Source of the DNA: Patellaria atrata CBS 101060
Lineage: Eukaryota
Direction of reading: 5' to 3'
NCBI GenBank assembly: GCA_010093705.1
Contig: MU006090.1
Location: forward strand, 895,817 to 959,816
DNA: 64,000 bases
The position numbers and the translations under genes are program-made. The notes under the pieces were generated by a model. It did no database searches. It was not told where the DNA came from and was given only the letters and a program-made list of their open reading frames with translations. Each line of letters begins with the position of its first letter. The first letter of the stretch is position 1. Positions 12,903 through 26,228 of this stretch are shown here, piece after piece.

Positions 12903-14935
12903 TTAAATCTAATGACAAGGACTGTCAACCCTCTCAGGCCTAGAACTTGCGATGACATCTATATTTTGCGTCTGGATCTCGTGAGCAGCTTCTCCACGTC
13001 GACAGCGTAAACAAATGGATGGCTCTGTCTGAGGAATTGTTGTGACGGAAGCGGAGAAATCTGAATACAATCATCTTCAAGCGTCATCACCGTCCGCCAC
13101 TGTTTCGATCGATGCTGATGAAAGCGAAAGAGGTGGTCCATCGTTGAGGTATATTTCCAATAGTAGAAGCGAACGTCGTTCGAGCCACTCAGTTTAGTTA
13201 ATGCCTTGCGGTTTTAGGGGAATTTGGCTCTAGACCGTCTTGTGGTCATCCAATCACCAATAGGTTTGTCTCTTGGACTCACAGGATAGGTAGTAACATG
13301 CACCAATTCAGCACGGCCTGTTACAGCCGCAGAGCTCCCCTTTTCATGTAACCAATGACCCAAAAGCCAAAAGTGGCAATCAAGAAATGCGCGAGGATTT
13401 GGTCATACGTGTCGGTACCTAAAATACGGGCAGTGTTTCGTTGTATCCTTAGATCTCCAATCACGATGACATGTTGAATAGACAACGGCAGCAGCACAGA
13501 GTACGAAACCAAATCCCCAAATCCATTAGAACGGAACGTGTAGCCCTTTGCCCTAGAACAGAACTTCTCGTCGGGAAACGAACTAGATGGAAATCTTTAT
13601 TACTGATTGCAAATCGATAAGCTTTCCAGTCAATTGATACCAGAGTCTGGCGAGTGCAGCATCCACAGCATTTTCACCAGTATACAGCTCGCATCACTCT
13701 AAATCGTCAAGTACTCATCATGTCCAGGACATTGCTCCTCGGCCGTTGTGTATCGTTGTGCAGTAGTCTAAACGAGGAGGCATTTCCATGTTTCTACTGT
13801 CGTGCTACTTATCATCACCTAACTTAACATGTACTGCAGATACGGCACCAGTCACTATAATTCAATTTCATCGAAAGATCGGGTATCTACATGTCCCCCG
13901 CGTATCTCATCTGTTTTTGTGTTACTTGGCTGTCATTTTCACTCACATCTGTACATCTGATGTAATGTTTCATGTAGCAGCAGGGCAGGCACTTTCATAT
14001 TTTCCCGTCTTTAAATGTTCTAGTTCAACCTATCTCCGCTTTGTTAAGCTCAAATCCTTTTCTCATCTAAGAGGTGATTCCAAGTTCGATCCCTTTACTA
14101 CATTTGCTGTGCTGCATTGATGTATGAAGCCACCAATATCCTTCCGTGCAACAACGTCTCGAGCCTGGAGAAACTTCGCACAAGTTTCAGCCCTGTCCTA
14201 ATTCATAAATCCGGCCAGTGTATGTCGACTTGGTCGAGGCCATCGAATAAGGCGGATAACAAGTAAACGTCACGGGAAATTGTATGGAATAAGGTAGAGA
14301 TTGGGTGTGGACCACCTCAGCTCGCACTGTTGATATGGCTCACAGATATGGTACCTGCCTTGTGTAACCTTGTCTATGATGTTGTATCACAGAGGCTGAT
14401 GCTGTCCAATTTTACACCGCACAAGCTCATGTGCTCCAGAATTACTCCCATCATGTTTGGTGGAATAGAATGAGCACTCAAGCAATTCCCATGCTCTAAG
14501 ATATGACGGATTATTGCAATATGATGTCCGGCAGAGGTAAAGTTACAAGAATATGTTACTCCAGAAAACTTCAGCCATCCATGTACGATGAGAAGTCAGA
14601 CGTTTCTTTTTCCATTTTGGCTGTGTCGTGAATCCAAACGAGGTAGCTGCAAGGGACTGAGACCGGGGAGTATCTCATGAGGAGAGCCTTCATCTCCTAC
14701 TTTGGAAAGAACCATCTGGTGAAAGTGAACCAAGCTTGTAACTGAATGTCGAGGCTTTTCGGGAAATCACTTAAAGAGGTCTAACTCCATCGCAACTACC
14801 CGTTCAAGATTCAATAACGAACGGACCTACTTCGATTCATATAAAACCCTTCTTCTCTTCATCTTTCTCTTCTCCTCGACTTTCTTCACCTCGTCTCCTC
14901 GTCATATGCTCAATAAGTTTCAAACACTCGCTATC

Positions 14936-16085
14936 ATGAAGTTTACACCTATCATCCTCCTATCACTGGCTCACAATGCATTTGCAGCACTCGCTGGACG
15001 TGCGGTCTGTAACGCCGATAACTGCGCTCGAGCAGTGACTGGAACTCGTCGAGGTCCAGAGCACGTTTCGTCAGCAAGGGCAGATTGCTCAAGCTTCATG
15101 GCGGCAACCGTTGTAGTTTACCCAAAGTAGGCTTCTGAAATCTTACTGTGTGATATCTCATCAGCTAAACCATTACACAGTACAACGGCAACTTACACTG
15201 ATGTTGTTACCGCTACCATCACCATTACCCCTTCGTTTCAACTGGCACGACGTCAGGCCACAACAACATTCGAGGGTAACGCCACGACAAGATCGCTTCC
15301 AGCATATGCGTCACCATGCAACGGTGATTACTCACGATATGCCAGTGCATGTTCTTGCTGGGGTATCAACGCAACGACGGTAACATCCAGTGCAGTAAGA
15401 CCTCACCCTTCTTCAATTCACAAACAGAAATGCTTATCATCATCGACGTATAGCCATCTTCAGTCACCGTCACTGAGTACACGACCATTACTGAAGTTGC
15501 ATCAGTGAATTCAACGTCAACAACTTCGTCAAGCACTAGCTTGAACTCAACTTCTAGCACAAGTGAAAGCACAACCCCAACTCCAACCACTACTGTCTGC
15601 CCTCCATTCCAAACTGAATGTAGCGGCGAATGCGTTGACACCCTTGTCGACGAGACCAACTGTGGTGTTTGCGGCAACGTTGTAAGTTCATATCTCCGAG
15701 CCCTACGCCCTACCACTTACTCACTCGACGTCCTAACTCTCTTCAGTGCTCTAGCGGAACCTGTACCAATGGTGTCTGTGCCTCTGCTGCCTGTGAAGCC
15801 TCAAGCTGTGGCAACTTTAGCTTCTGTGCTTCCGGTGCACCCTGCATCTGTGCTTCAACAGCTGACAGCACAGGCTTCTGTATTGACGGCAACACATCTT
15901 GCGGCGTACTATCAGACTGTGCGACTAGTGCTGATTGTGCCGAAGGCCAGGTCTGTGCGGTCAATTCCTGCTGTGCCAGGAACGTCTGCATAGGCAGTGG
16001 CGGGTGCGACAATGACAGTGCACCGCCGAGGATCTTTGCAAAGAGGAGCCGCGCAGGAACCGTTGGAGGATTCGGGATGATCTAA
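14936..16085 (+). CDS. Secreted Cys/Thr-rich modular protein (CNADNC N-terminal module, STIG1-like repeat, Cys-rich C-terminal module)
   Basis: Signal peptide MKFTPIILLSLAHNAFA. Introns 15127-15180, 15395-15453 and 15682-15746 all keep frame. Motifs CNADNCARAV, PAYASPC..YASACSC, CSGECVDTLVDETNCGVCGNVC. Confidence 0.85.
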
Positions 16086-18586
16086 TGCTGGCAAAGGTAC
16101 TAGGTAGTGTTCTCTGAAGTGGTGATGTGCATGCTTGCAGATGTCAAAACATGTGACCCGAGGTAGCTAACAGGGTAAAGTATTGTCTCAGTGAGAGACA
16201 AGGCGAAATATTTTCGATTCGGAACTTTCCTTCATTTCGATTGTACATCGTTAGTAGTTTTTTCAAATACAGTATTGATCTCGGATGTAGAAGTCTCGCA
16301 TATGACCACATAATTCGACTGGAAAGACCTCATCATCTCAGCGGCAAAAACTTCGTTATTGGCAATGACAAAATGCATCATGGACGGGAAATTGTAACTG
16401 AAGTCTTGGTTTACTTTAGACTAACTTAGGACTCTTTAGATGGATTTTAGCGAAAATATACTTCGTATTTCATCTTTGTTATTGGAATCTTCAAGAAGTT
16501 GGATAAACAGGGAGGGAGGGAACGATAGAAAATGAATTGTTCCTAAATATCAAAACGATTCGCCCTGAAGGAAGGAGAATTGTTTCATGTCGAACATAAG
16601 AAAGTACGATTTGCTGGCGATTGACTAGAGTGATGGAGAAGATAGCATGTATATTGAGGCACTTCTTCTATCGAGGTTTACTGTATACGCTTATCGTAAA
16701 TGTATGCAGATGGCACCCGGTTTTCAAACCATCGAAACAAAACGTCCACTGTAGTTATCAACCAAAAGCTATAGCGGAAGAAAACGAGGAAACTGATGAG
16801 ATTTTAACGTAAAACTTTGCTATTGTTTATAACTGAGATGATGAAAGATGGATACATAATCATAAGCTAAGAGAACCTCTTACTAAATAGTACTTTTCTT
16901 CGGTTTACTTAGTAGTAGTGAAAATTTAGGATATCCAGTATTTTACTGGCTGTATCGGGCTACCAGCATTCAAGGGATAGGTTTATGTCTCTATGTCCGT
17001 AAGAGGCTCTGGAATCCCTCCACCTATAAATCATATACCTGCAGATGGACAACCATGTCGAATGTTAAGATGGTTTCCAATATTATATTTGTCTTCTAGT
17101 CCCACTAACAGGGCCTAATGTGGCCGCTCCATTAAGGTTATGCGAGACTGGCCTTCCTCATATATAGAGATGTGTATGGACGATATCGATGCCACGTATT
17201 GCTGTCTTCTTAAGAATTTCGGAAAAGATTGTACTCTACATGATTCAGGGTCTGCAGGCCGTTTAACAATGCATGTAAGAGCATATAGATCTGATAGGTC
17301 GTTGAACTGCAGGTTGTTCAACGAAAAATGCCACTAAGATCTGGAGTACTGATATATCTATAGCTAATTGGAGATTAGCCCTACAGATAATTAAATGGCA
17401 TAGGATAAGGTAATACGGTCCTGAAGTAGCCTCTATCCGAGCTTCCTATCCTAAGGTGGTTGTGGGATTGGCATAGGCACTATGTAGATTTGTCGATCTC
17501 TCGGCTTCAGAATATACAGAATCCATATATGATATTCTAGAAGATAAATCAGGCTGATTAGAGGACCAATGGGGTACAAGTCTATTCTTCTGGCCATAGT
17601 AACGCAAGCTGGGAATTTTGCCTCGGGGTCCTACGGTACTGGATTGTACAGTACGGTATAATAAGACCTCGATTTCTCCCGTTCTCACTCCCGGCTCTTA
17701 TCCGCGGAAGCCTCCTGCAGGCGCAATGATGAATGTACAGTTAATCCAACAAGGGGTGAGAGGCAAAGGATCATTTCGCGCTATCGGATGTAGCATGCAT
17801 TCCCCTCAAATACGGACAGGGAAAGGCGCCATCGGGGTCTACTGCAAGAGGGTCTACTGCAAGACACGGAATATCTGGAGGAGGGTTAGCGTGGATGGAG
17901 GCACTTGTATGCATTCTGGGTTGAAATATACCATATAATGGAAACAGGTTGAGTACTGGACTGTCCATACTTCCATAAAGGGGCAAGGAGAAGGAATGGC
18001 TCAAGTGTTTACAGAACCATGAATGCTCATTTTAGTACTATTTTAAAGATTGGCTTCATATAGCAGTTTAGATCTTGGTCTAATAACCGAGCGGATGCTT
18101 TGTGAATTTGTAGTTGCCGCGTTCGCCTGGCAAGAAATAATGACGAGGTCATAAGTGAGGTTGAAAGACTGAAGTGACGCCTAGAACGCCACGATGCAGG
18201 ATATTGTTCTTGATAAAGGTAAACTACACCTGTGCTTCCTCTAGTTGCGTTTATTCTTTCTATACTTTCTGTGCCTATCAACATTCTCAGCTTAGTTCTA
18301 CTTATAGTTCACTTACAAACATTTAGTTTACTGCCCTTAAGTCATCCGATTCGCCGCATTCCATACTCCGCATACGGGCCGTGGGGAATCCCAGCAAGGA
18401 CCTTGGGCCAAGGGTGGGCAGGACTAAGGACCCAACCTAAGGACAGCTCTTTTAACTCTATCAAACTTTCAACGAGGAAACTCCTGCTTTCCCCGCCGTA
18501 GGCTTGCCTCTCTTAGGAATTCTCGATCCAAGTTCTGCACCAGGAGTCTACCTACAACCTGTTCTAGAAACGCTTCATCCTTCATC

Positions 18587-19611
18587 ATGTCGATAAAGTA
18601 CGTATCTTCTCTACTCTATCACACGCATACCCTTTCTGTTCTCAGTTTCCTTGATCATTTTCCAGCTATCATACCTATATACTCGCTTTCTTAAACTCTG
18701 TCTGGCATCTTATTGTATACCTGGCGTCGTTCTAAGTGACTTAACATGTTGCTAAAACGATCTCGCGTTCGCAAAACTAGTTGGGTGATGCTTGAAGAGA
18801 ACGGCTTCGTACCTTTACCGGGCGAGCAACCGATTTATACATCCCCTCCTCGAACTTCTCTCTCACTGCACTCCCTAAACAAGTACCCCGGAAAAGAGCC
18901 TTTCTCGTTACAGAGCTCGGCGGGTGTCATATATTTGACGAACCGAAGGGTACAATCGCCTTGTCAAAGCGAACTCCAGGACATTGGCTAACCTAAAAGT
19001 AGATAGTATACCTTCCCGCGTCACCCACACCGCAACTGAAGTCCTTCGCCGCACCTATCCTCAATCTACACGATACCCACGTAACCGCACCTTTCTTCGG
19101 ACCGAATGTATGGACGGCATTAGTTCAGCCGGTTGCGGGAGGTGGCATACCCCCCCAACATCCAGCACTAGAGCTTAAAATGACATTCAAAGATGGTGGA
19201 GCCTTTGATTTTCATACAGCATTCGAAAGGATAAAGGAGAGATTACAGCAAGCAGTAGAAATAGCTAGGGAAAGCGGATATGCAACGGGTGATGGGTCAG
19301 AATCTGGAGGTGCTAGAGGCGGAGGAGCTCTCTCCGGAGTGAACCTTGATGCTGTGACCCTGGATGACTTACCTGCGTATGAAGCATCTGGAGCGTCTCC
19401 GCAAGTTCATCCCTCAAGCCCACTCGGATCGCCTACGGATGGCACCGCTTTTGGCGCACCATCAACCTCACTTCCTGTAGCAGGCGGAAGCGTTCCACAT
19501 AGCCCGCAGCTGAACAACTTCAGCCCACCTGCAGAGCCACCGCCAGGGTATGAGGAGGTTCAACGTGGAAGCATCGCGGATGAGCTTGAACGGCGCTTGC
19601 GGGCACCTTGA
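18587..19611 (+). CDS. WBP2-like protein (GRAM/PH-like domain plus PPxY motif)
   Basis: Micro first exon ATGTCGATAAA, introns 18598-18780 and 18950-19002. Spliced product MSINWVML..GFVPLPGE..GVIYLTNRRIVY..APFFGPN..TFKDGGAFDF..EPPPGYEE. Confidence 0.88.
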
Positions 19612-20073
19612 TATATCAATTCGAGCGCCCCATTGGCTTTGCCGCGCGTGCCTTGGGCGAGAGTTGCCGATGCTCCGCATTCTCGATCTTAAGGTATATG
19701 GCTCTGAACGGGCTAGCAAGGCGTTCTAGGTGCACTCTGTTGGGATCCATCTTAAGGAAAGGATTTTTATGGGTGGTTCATCTTTCATTCCGTTATCCAA
19801 GCTCGTAATGGGGTACAGACGGGAGGCATATGAATTGTAAGATGCTTACCGTAATACTTTACTATAAATACCATTATTACAGATGGTTTTCGCTCCCCGG
19901 TCATGTGAATATGCATTGCTGAACAGGATCTAGCATGTGAAAGAAGCTTACCCCAGACTGCCAAGCCGCCAAACCAAACGCGGAAAGCCGCGGTATGTTT
20001 GAGGGCGCCCGACATCATCAACGCTCGGACTTGGACGTGACAGTCGATGGCAATAAAGCCCTCACTTCCGCTC

Positions 20074-20079
20074 CCTCGG
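20074..20079 (+). promoter_or_regulatory. CCTCGG FarA/FarB (CTF1-type) fatty-acid response site
   Basis: Exact CCTCGG about 90 bp upstream of the peroxisomal thiolase ATG. Confidence 0.5.
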
Positions 20080-20165
20080 CACTGTAACTGTCCTTAAAAT
20101 CCACCTAGCCTTTTAAACTCTTTCTCCGACTCTTACCCTCTTCATTTTCATCAATAACCTCAACT

Positions 20166-21655
20166 ATGGCGAATCAAGCCGGAAAACGCTCTGCTGGTAG
20201 GTCTACGGCTAGGTCTCACAGCGAGGCAATGCATATGCTGACAATATGAAGCTCAAGACCGTCTATCGCAGGTTTCAAACCATCTAAGATCTTCTGAAGC
20301 AGATATACCTCGGGGAAGGGAAGCTCTGTTTGAAAAGCATCCTGATGATGTACGTAGAATTATCCCTCCATTCTGCACTCGAAACAGACAACTTAACCAA
20401 CACCTACCCTACATATCTAACGATTATTCCCATCGTTGGACAAGGCATGAGGACCTATGATATCGTTATCTTCTCTTTTCTAATGTGTCTGTAGATTGTT
20501 GTAACATGTGCCCTTCGTACAGCTATCACAAAAGGCGGCCGTGGAGGCTTCAAGGACACTGCCGCAGCTGATCTTCTCCATGGAGCCTTCAAAGCGCTCC
20601 TTGAACGTTCCAAAATCGATCCTGCCCTCGTTGAAGATATCGCCGTCGGATGTGTCCTTGCTCCTGGAGGCGGTGCCACTGAGTACCGCGCTGCAGCCAT
20701 CGCTGCGGGGTTCCCAGTTACCTCTGCCGTAAAGAGTCTGAACAGACAATGCAGTAGCGGTCTACAAGCGTGCGTAGATATTGCGAATGCGATCACGGCC
20801 GGCATGATTGAGATCGGTGTTGGGGCTGGTGTCGAGAGCATGAGCTCCCAGTACGGCCCACAAGCTGTGACCGAGTTCTCCGACCTCCTAAACTCCGTAC
20901 CAGAGAGCAAAAACTGCACCGTACCCATGGGCGTGCTGTCTGAAAAGATGGCCAAGGAGAAGAAGATTGCACGTAACAGGCAGGATGCCTTTGCTGCCTC
21001 CTCGTTCCAGAAAGCCGAAGCTGCTCAAAAGGCAGGACTATTCGATGAGGAGATTGCGGCTCTGAAGGTCAAATATACAGATCCCAAAACCGACGAGGAG
21101 AAGGAGATCACCGTCTCGAAAGATGATGGCGTAAGGCCGGGCATGACGCCCGAATCTCTCGCCAAGATCAAGGCCGCTTTCTCCAAAGACGGTTCCATCC
21201 ACGCTGGCAACGCGTCTCAGATCTCGGACGGTGCTGCTGCGGTCCTCCTTATGAAGCGTTCAACTGCCTTACGCCTGAACCAACCTATTCTAGGCAAATA
21301 CGTCACTGCCACCGTCGCCGGTGTACCACCTCTCCTCATGGGTGTTGGCCCTGCAGCCGCCATTCCCCCCGCACTAAAGAGAGTAGGTATCACGGTCGAC
21401 GACGTCGATATCTTCGAGATCAACGAGGCGTTTGCGAGTCAGTGTCTCTTCTGCGTCGAGCAACTTGGAATCGATGCGAAGAAGGTGAATCCTAAGGGTG
21501 GCGCTATCGCGTTTGGACATCCACTTGGGTGTACGGGCGCGAGGCAGATCAGTACGCTGTTGTACGAGCTCAGGAGGACCGGGAAGAGAGTCGGGGTTAG
21601 TAGTATGTGTGTAGGCACGGGAATGGGTATGGCTGCTGTTTGGGTGGCGGAGTAA
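20166..21655 (+). CDS. POT1: Peroxisomal 3-ketoacyl-CoA thiolase
   Basis: Introns 20197-20251 and 20350-20494. PTS2 RLSQVSNHL. Catalytic motifs NRQCSSGLQA, NEAFA, GHPLGCTGARQ, CVGTGMG. Confidence 0.95.
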
Positions 21656-22174
21656 ATTACGGTAAAAGTGCGCTGTGTATTATACGAGTGCGTTTAACGT
21701 AGGCATTGAGGTGATCTTGGATGAATGTAAGTCTAGGTATTGTATATAGGGACGGTAGAACTCTGCACGGAGCAATTATACGATTAAAAAGTCTCATATG
21801 AAATGCCTGCTCTGCTGTACCGTATAACATGATGTCCGCCCTTGTCAAACCCCGAGCAGCAATTTGCAGAACATACTATGCACTGGTATCTCAGATCAAA
21901 GAGTTTACACCCATGATTCCATCCCATCTCCTTTTATATCCCCTCCACCCAAGGAAAGCAAATGGAAAGAGCGATAGCGGCGCCATTCTCTAGAAGTGAC
22001 CTTTTCCCGTCCACAATAACATAAAAAACATAGAATGACGCCGCCAGACAAAGTACCAGAAGTGACAGACAAACCGCCCGCCCCACACAGGTTAAGCCGC
22101 CCATGATTTCAACACGAGGTACCGCCCTATCCGAAACAGAAAAAAGCGCAGAATTCAAGTAATCTTTCCGCCTT

Positions 22175-25088
22175 CTACGTACTCTCGCCAAAGAAGCGAC
22201 TGGCGCCTACGATATCCCGATCGTTGTTCGCGAAATCCCAGCCCACGATCGTCGGATCCTGCGAGCAGCAAATGATGCGTCTGGAGTCAAACTGTAACTT
22301 GAAGACCCTGCTGTTCGCTGCCACGGGGTTGTTCTGCTGCGGAGGTTGGACGTGCGGTTGTGGGGGTTGTGGGAGATTCGCCGCTTGTTGTTGGGCATGA
22401 TGAGCTCCTTGATACTGTTGCTGCTGCTGCTGTTGTATTGCCATAGCCAGCCCGTGGTGATGGTGATGATGATGTGGTGGGTGATGGTGTGTTTGTGGTT
22501 GGACTAGAGGTACAATGGCGGGATTTGTGGTCGGTTGAGCGTCCCCGTTCTGAGCCGGCTGCCCCTGATTATTCTGGTTCTGCATCTGTGCCAATAGTAC
22601 CGCGTTTGCTGTTTGCGAACTGTTCTGCGCCAGTTGGGCTAGCTGCGCCTGCATCTGCTGAGCGTGCAGCGCGTGTGCCTGAGCTACCAATGCTTGCGCG
22701 TGTTGAGCTTGAGCCTGTGCCTGGGCTGCGAGTTGCTGAAAGCTAGCCATCGGGGTAGGCGCGCCGTTTCCTGGTTGTGTATTGGCTCCCTGAGCAGGGG
22801 AGCGTCCCCTGGTCCCGCTGGCAGCACGCACGGCGTCGGATTGCTTCAGCTCATGTTGCGGTACCCATTTGCCCTTAGAGTCCTTCTTCCATATGATCAC
22901 AGTTTCATCGTAGGAGCCCGAAACGATGCGAGCCCAGCGGCTACCGCCTCCACCCGGGGGTAACTTCGCACCGTAAGCGAAGATGTCCTTAGGGTCCTTG
23001 GAGCCAGCGTTCCGGGCACGACGATGCTCGCGGGTTAGCTCAGTGCTAATGGTTCCCTTATTCATGGCCTCGAAGTACTTCTGGTCAACAGCGCGCGCCT
23101 CAGCTTCGAGCTCGTCCTCGTTACCTGGATGGTCCCCGAAGCGAGCTTGGACGGTACGAACGAGAGAGGCATGGCCTTGTAGACATGCAACCTCGGCGCC
23201 AGTGACGCGGTCAAATATGCGGACGGTATTATCGCTACTACCGCTTACGATCCGTCGACCATCAAACTGGACACAGGCAATGCCCTTGATGTGGCCAACG
23301 AAGGTCTTGAGACATATTCCGGTGCGCACATCCCAAACCTTGACAGTACGGTCACCGGATGCAGAAACGATCTGTCCGTCTAGGATCTGAATGGCATTGA
23401 CAGCTGCACTGTGGCCATTTAGTGTCATCATTAAACTGTATTCCTTCAAAGGCTTGAAATGCAAATGCTGGCTCTCTAGTTCATGGAACATGTTCACAAT
23501 ATACGGCGGAAACGATGTACCGGGTGTGGTGGTTGTTTTGGGGTAGGCCTCATCGGTGGGCAAGATTGCATTTCTGTTCCAGACCTTGATTGTTTTATCC
23601 TTGGAGCATGTTATTAAGTGACGGTCATCAAATCGTAGGTTCAAAACCGATTCTGTGTGAGCGTTGGTAAGGGTTCGAATCAGTTTTCCAGTTGAGAACT
23701 GCCAAAGTATCACGTTGTTATCACTGCCTCCAGATATGACGATATCCTGTTCTGGTCTTTCGTCAAACTGTAGGCAGAGGACTGACGCTTTATGACCTGT
23801 TAACGGAGGCACCATGAGTCTTTGCGTCTCTAGATTCCATATTCGGACAGTCTTATCCCTACTACCACTGACCAGGTAATTTCCGGAGAACTGGATCGTG
23901 TAGACACACTCCCCATGAGCCTCCTCCATATGGTTAGGGTGAGGTAATTGAAAGTTCACGTATCGTCCTGAATTCCAGTTGTCTTCTAGTCTTCTCTTTT
24001 GTTTGTATAAGTATTGCCAATTAACTCTAGGCTCATTACCCGATCCCGACTGTAATAAAGTGGGTGTGACAGGGGGTAGTATAGGATCCGCCGATATAGG
24101 CGGAGACTGGATTGTCGAATCGTAGTGATATATTGGAACAGGATGCATGATATTGTTCCCTCTCATATCTCGGCTTGTTGTCGTAGCTTCAGGAGATAAC
24201 CTGGAGTCGTGAAAATCCACATCTTGCATAGCATCCTCGATCACAGGTATACTATCATCTGCTTCGACAACTCCATGTTGCTCCACCCACGATTCAGCCG
24301 GTCCATCTGTATTTTGCACATTTCTACCATCTTGACTACCGTCACCGAAGAGGCCGGACTCTTGCACTACCCGTTTCTTTGGGGACGGGCGGTCACCATC
24401 CAAGTCTGCCCGTCTGACACGCCGTCTCCGTTCTCGGAGTTCCAGCACGCGTGATCTTTCGGAAGCCTCAAACGCTCTGATCTGAGTCATATCAGCTACC
24501 CATCCTTCGGAATGGAAGGCCTGCTTCCACAGCTGACTGTCTAGAGCTCTCAATCGCCATGCTTTGGACATGGAAGACGTTAATAGTAGAGTCTCTGCTG
24601 GTAGGAATGAAAAGATAGCGAAGATAATTTCGGACGGTAAACGATTGACGGGATCAAGATGCAGGAGCGGATTTAATCTTTCCACTATCGCTGCAATTGA
24701 GGAGGTCCGAAGTGATCGAAGTATTGCGTACGTAAATTCTGCAGTAACGATAAGCGCGCGTTCGTCTGCTATTGTTAAGTCATACACAATAGCGCAAATT
24801 TGCTATTGTGTTACTGTCTGAGGGTCACGCTGACATACCACTCCGCTCTGCCTCACTCAAATTCAAGATCCATGAAGGTAACGGTATTGGGCCTGGTTCA
24901 GACTCTGAACTTTCCACCATTCCAGACTCCGTTCTCGTAATTAGGTCACTTCCACTTTGGCTTCTTGTATCTTCCGAAAAGCCCTCGTCAATCTTGTTGA
25001 ACGGCGTTCCCATACTAGCACTACCAGCAAACCCCGACAAGTATGGATATGGCTGGTTCCCGAACGGATTCGAATTATTTCGCCGCAT
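22175..25088 (-). CDS. fwd-1: F-box/WD40 SCF substrate receptor, FWD-1/beta-TrCP-like
   Basis: Exon 25088-24839 (contains KIDEGFSED), intron 24838-24739, then F-box LPSEIIFAIFSFL and WD40 repeats (LVSGSRDKTVRIWN, IVSASGDRTVKVWD). Q/H-rich insert near the C-terminus. Choice of start ATG is uncertain. Confidence 0.88.
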
Positions 25089-26228
25089 CCTATCTATCCA
25101 CTCGATATCGTCCAGGAAGATGACCCGATATGGATTTATGACTTCTGCCCTCAAGAGCGCTAACACAGTGTAAAGGACACCTTCGAACACACGTCTGGTG
25201 CGCAATAGATCGGGGTAAACAGATGACAGTATGTTTCGAAAGCAGTGTGAGAAAGAGCAAGGAACTTGTACAAGGACAAGGACAAGCTGACCGGACCGTA
25301 GATACGATCCTCTCCTAATCCAGTACTGACGGCGATATCTGTATGCAGGGCACGATGTCCTTGTTTTTATATCGTTGTCACGGGAGACTGGGGTGGAAAA
25401 GGCTGAAGTCGGAAGAGTTTCTAGTAAAGCGGAGGCGGCGACCGGGGAATCAGAGTGAGTTTCGTATAAGTTCGGTGCAGCAGAGTGCGTCAAATGCTAT
25501 ATGTGAGTATTATTTTACTGGCGATCAATCTGACAGAGAATACAGAGTACCAAAGGCCAACGTTGGATTATCTATGAAGCGGTGTAAAGCGATCTCGTGC
25601 ACGATTTATGTTGTCTTTCGGTCGTCTTCGTCGGGTTACGTTGTGTAATGGTGAAATGGAGACTCAACTTTGGCAAACAAGCAAACAGTGCTAACGATAA
25701 CGTGACTAGTAGACTTTACTTACGTGAGTGTTAGACCGGAGTGCTTGACCTGTTAGTAAGCGTGGTAAGATAGCCTACCGTGTCCCGATGTTTCTTAACA
25801 GTTAAGTTACGGCAAGACTCTTTACGTTTACGACTTCGCTACCCCCAATGCACCCCTAGATTTGGGATCAGAGATAGCCTAGCGCTGTTACAGTATCTTA
25901 TTAGTTCTTCACCTCCAAGGTATCTTACCTTACGGAGGAGACCCTTTCTATTCCTCGTTAATTGCCTTTCACTTTGAACGCCTGTGGAAGGCTTATTAAC
26001 CGTCCAAGAAAGGCTTAGCGCGCACCTTTGCCAAGGTCACCCTGAAACGCATCGTCTTTTTGACATCTCTCACAACCCACCTTACCGCTGTCAACGCCAA
26101 CTCCCCTATAACCTTCTACACAGAGTGCGCTGCATCTATCCAGTAATTACTTCGCGCTTTTGCCCGCGCTGGAGCTCCTTTCTACAGCGCCAACCACTCT
26201 TACATCCTTCCACTGACCGATCAAAGGG

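Noticed and set aside
12959..13560. Short minus-strand ORFs, possibly a decayed gene
   Set aside because: Frames are broken and I cannot support any homology.
16800..17600. TpA-rich stretch suggesting a RIP-mutated transposon relic
   Set aside because: No identifiable TE motif or termini, and RIP indices were not computed.
17835..17864. Perfect 15-bp tandem duplication GGGTCTACTGCAAGA x2
   Set aside because: Real, but isolated; consistent with simple slippage and has no functional context.
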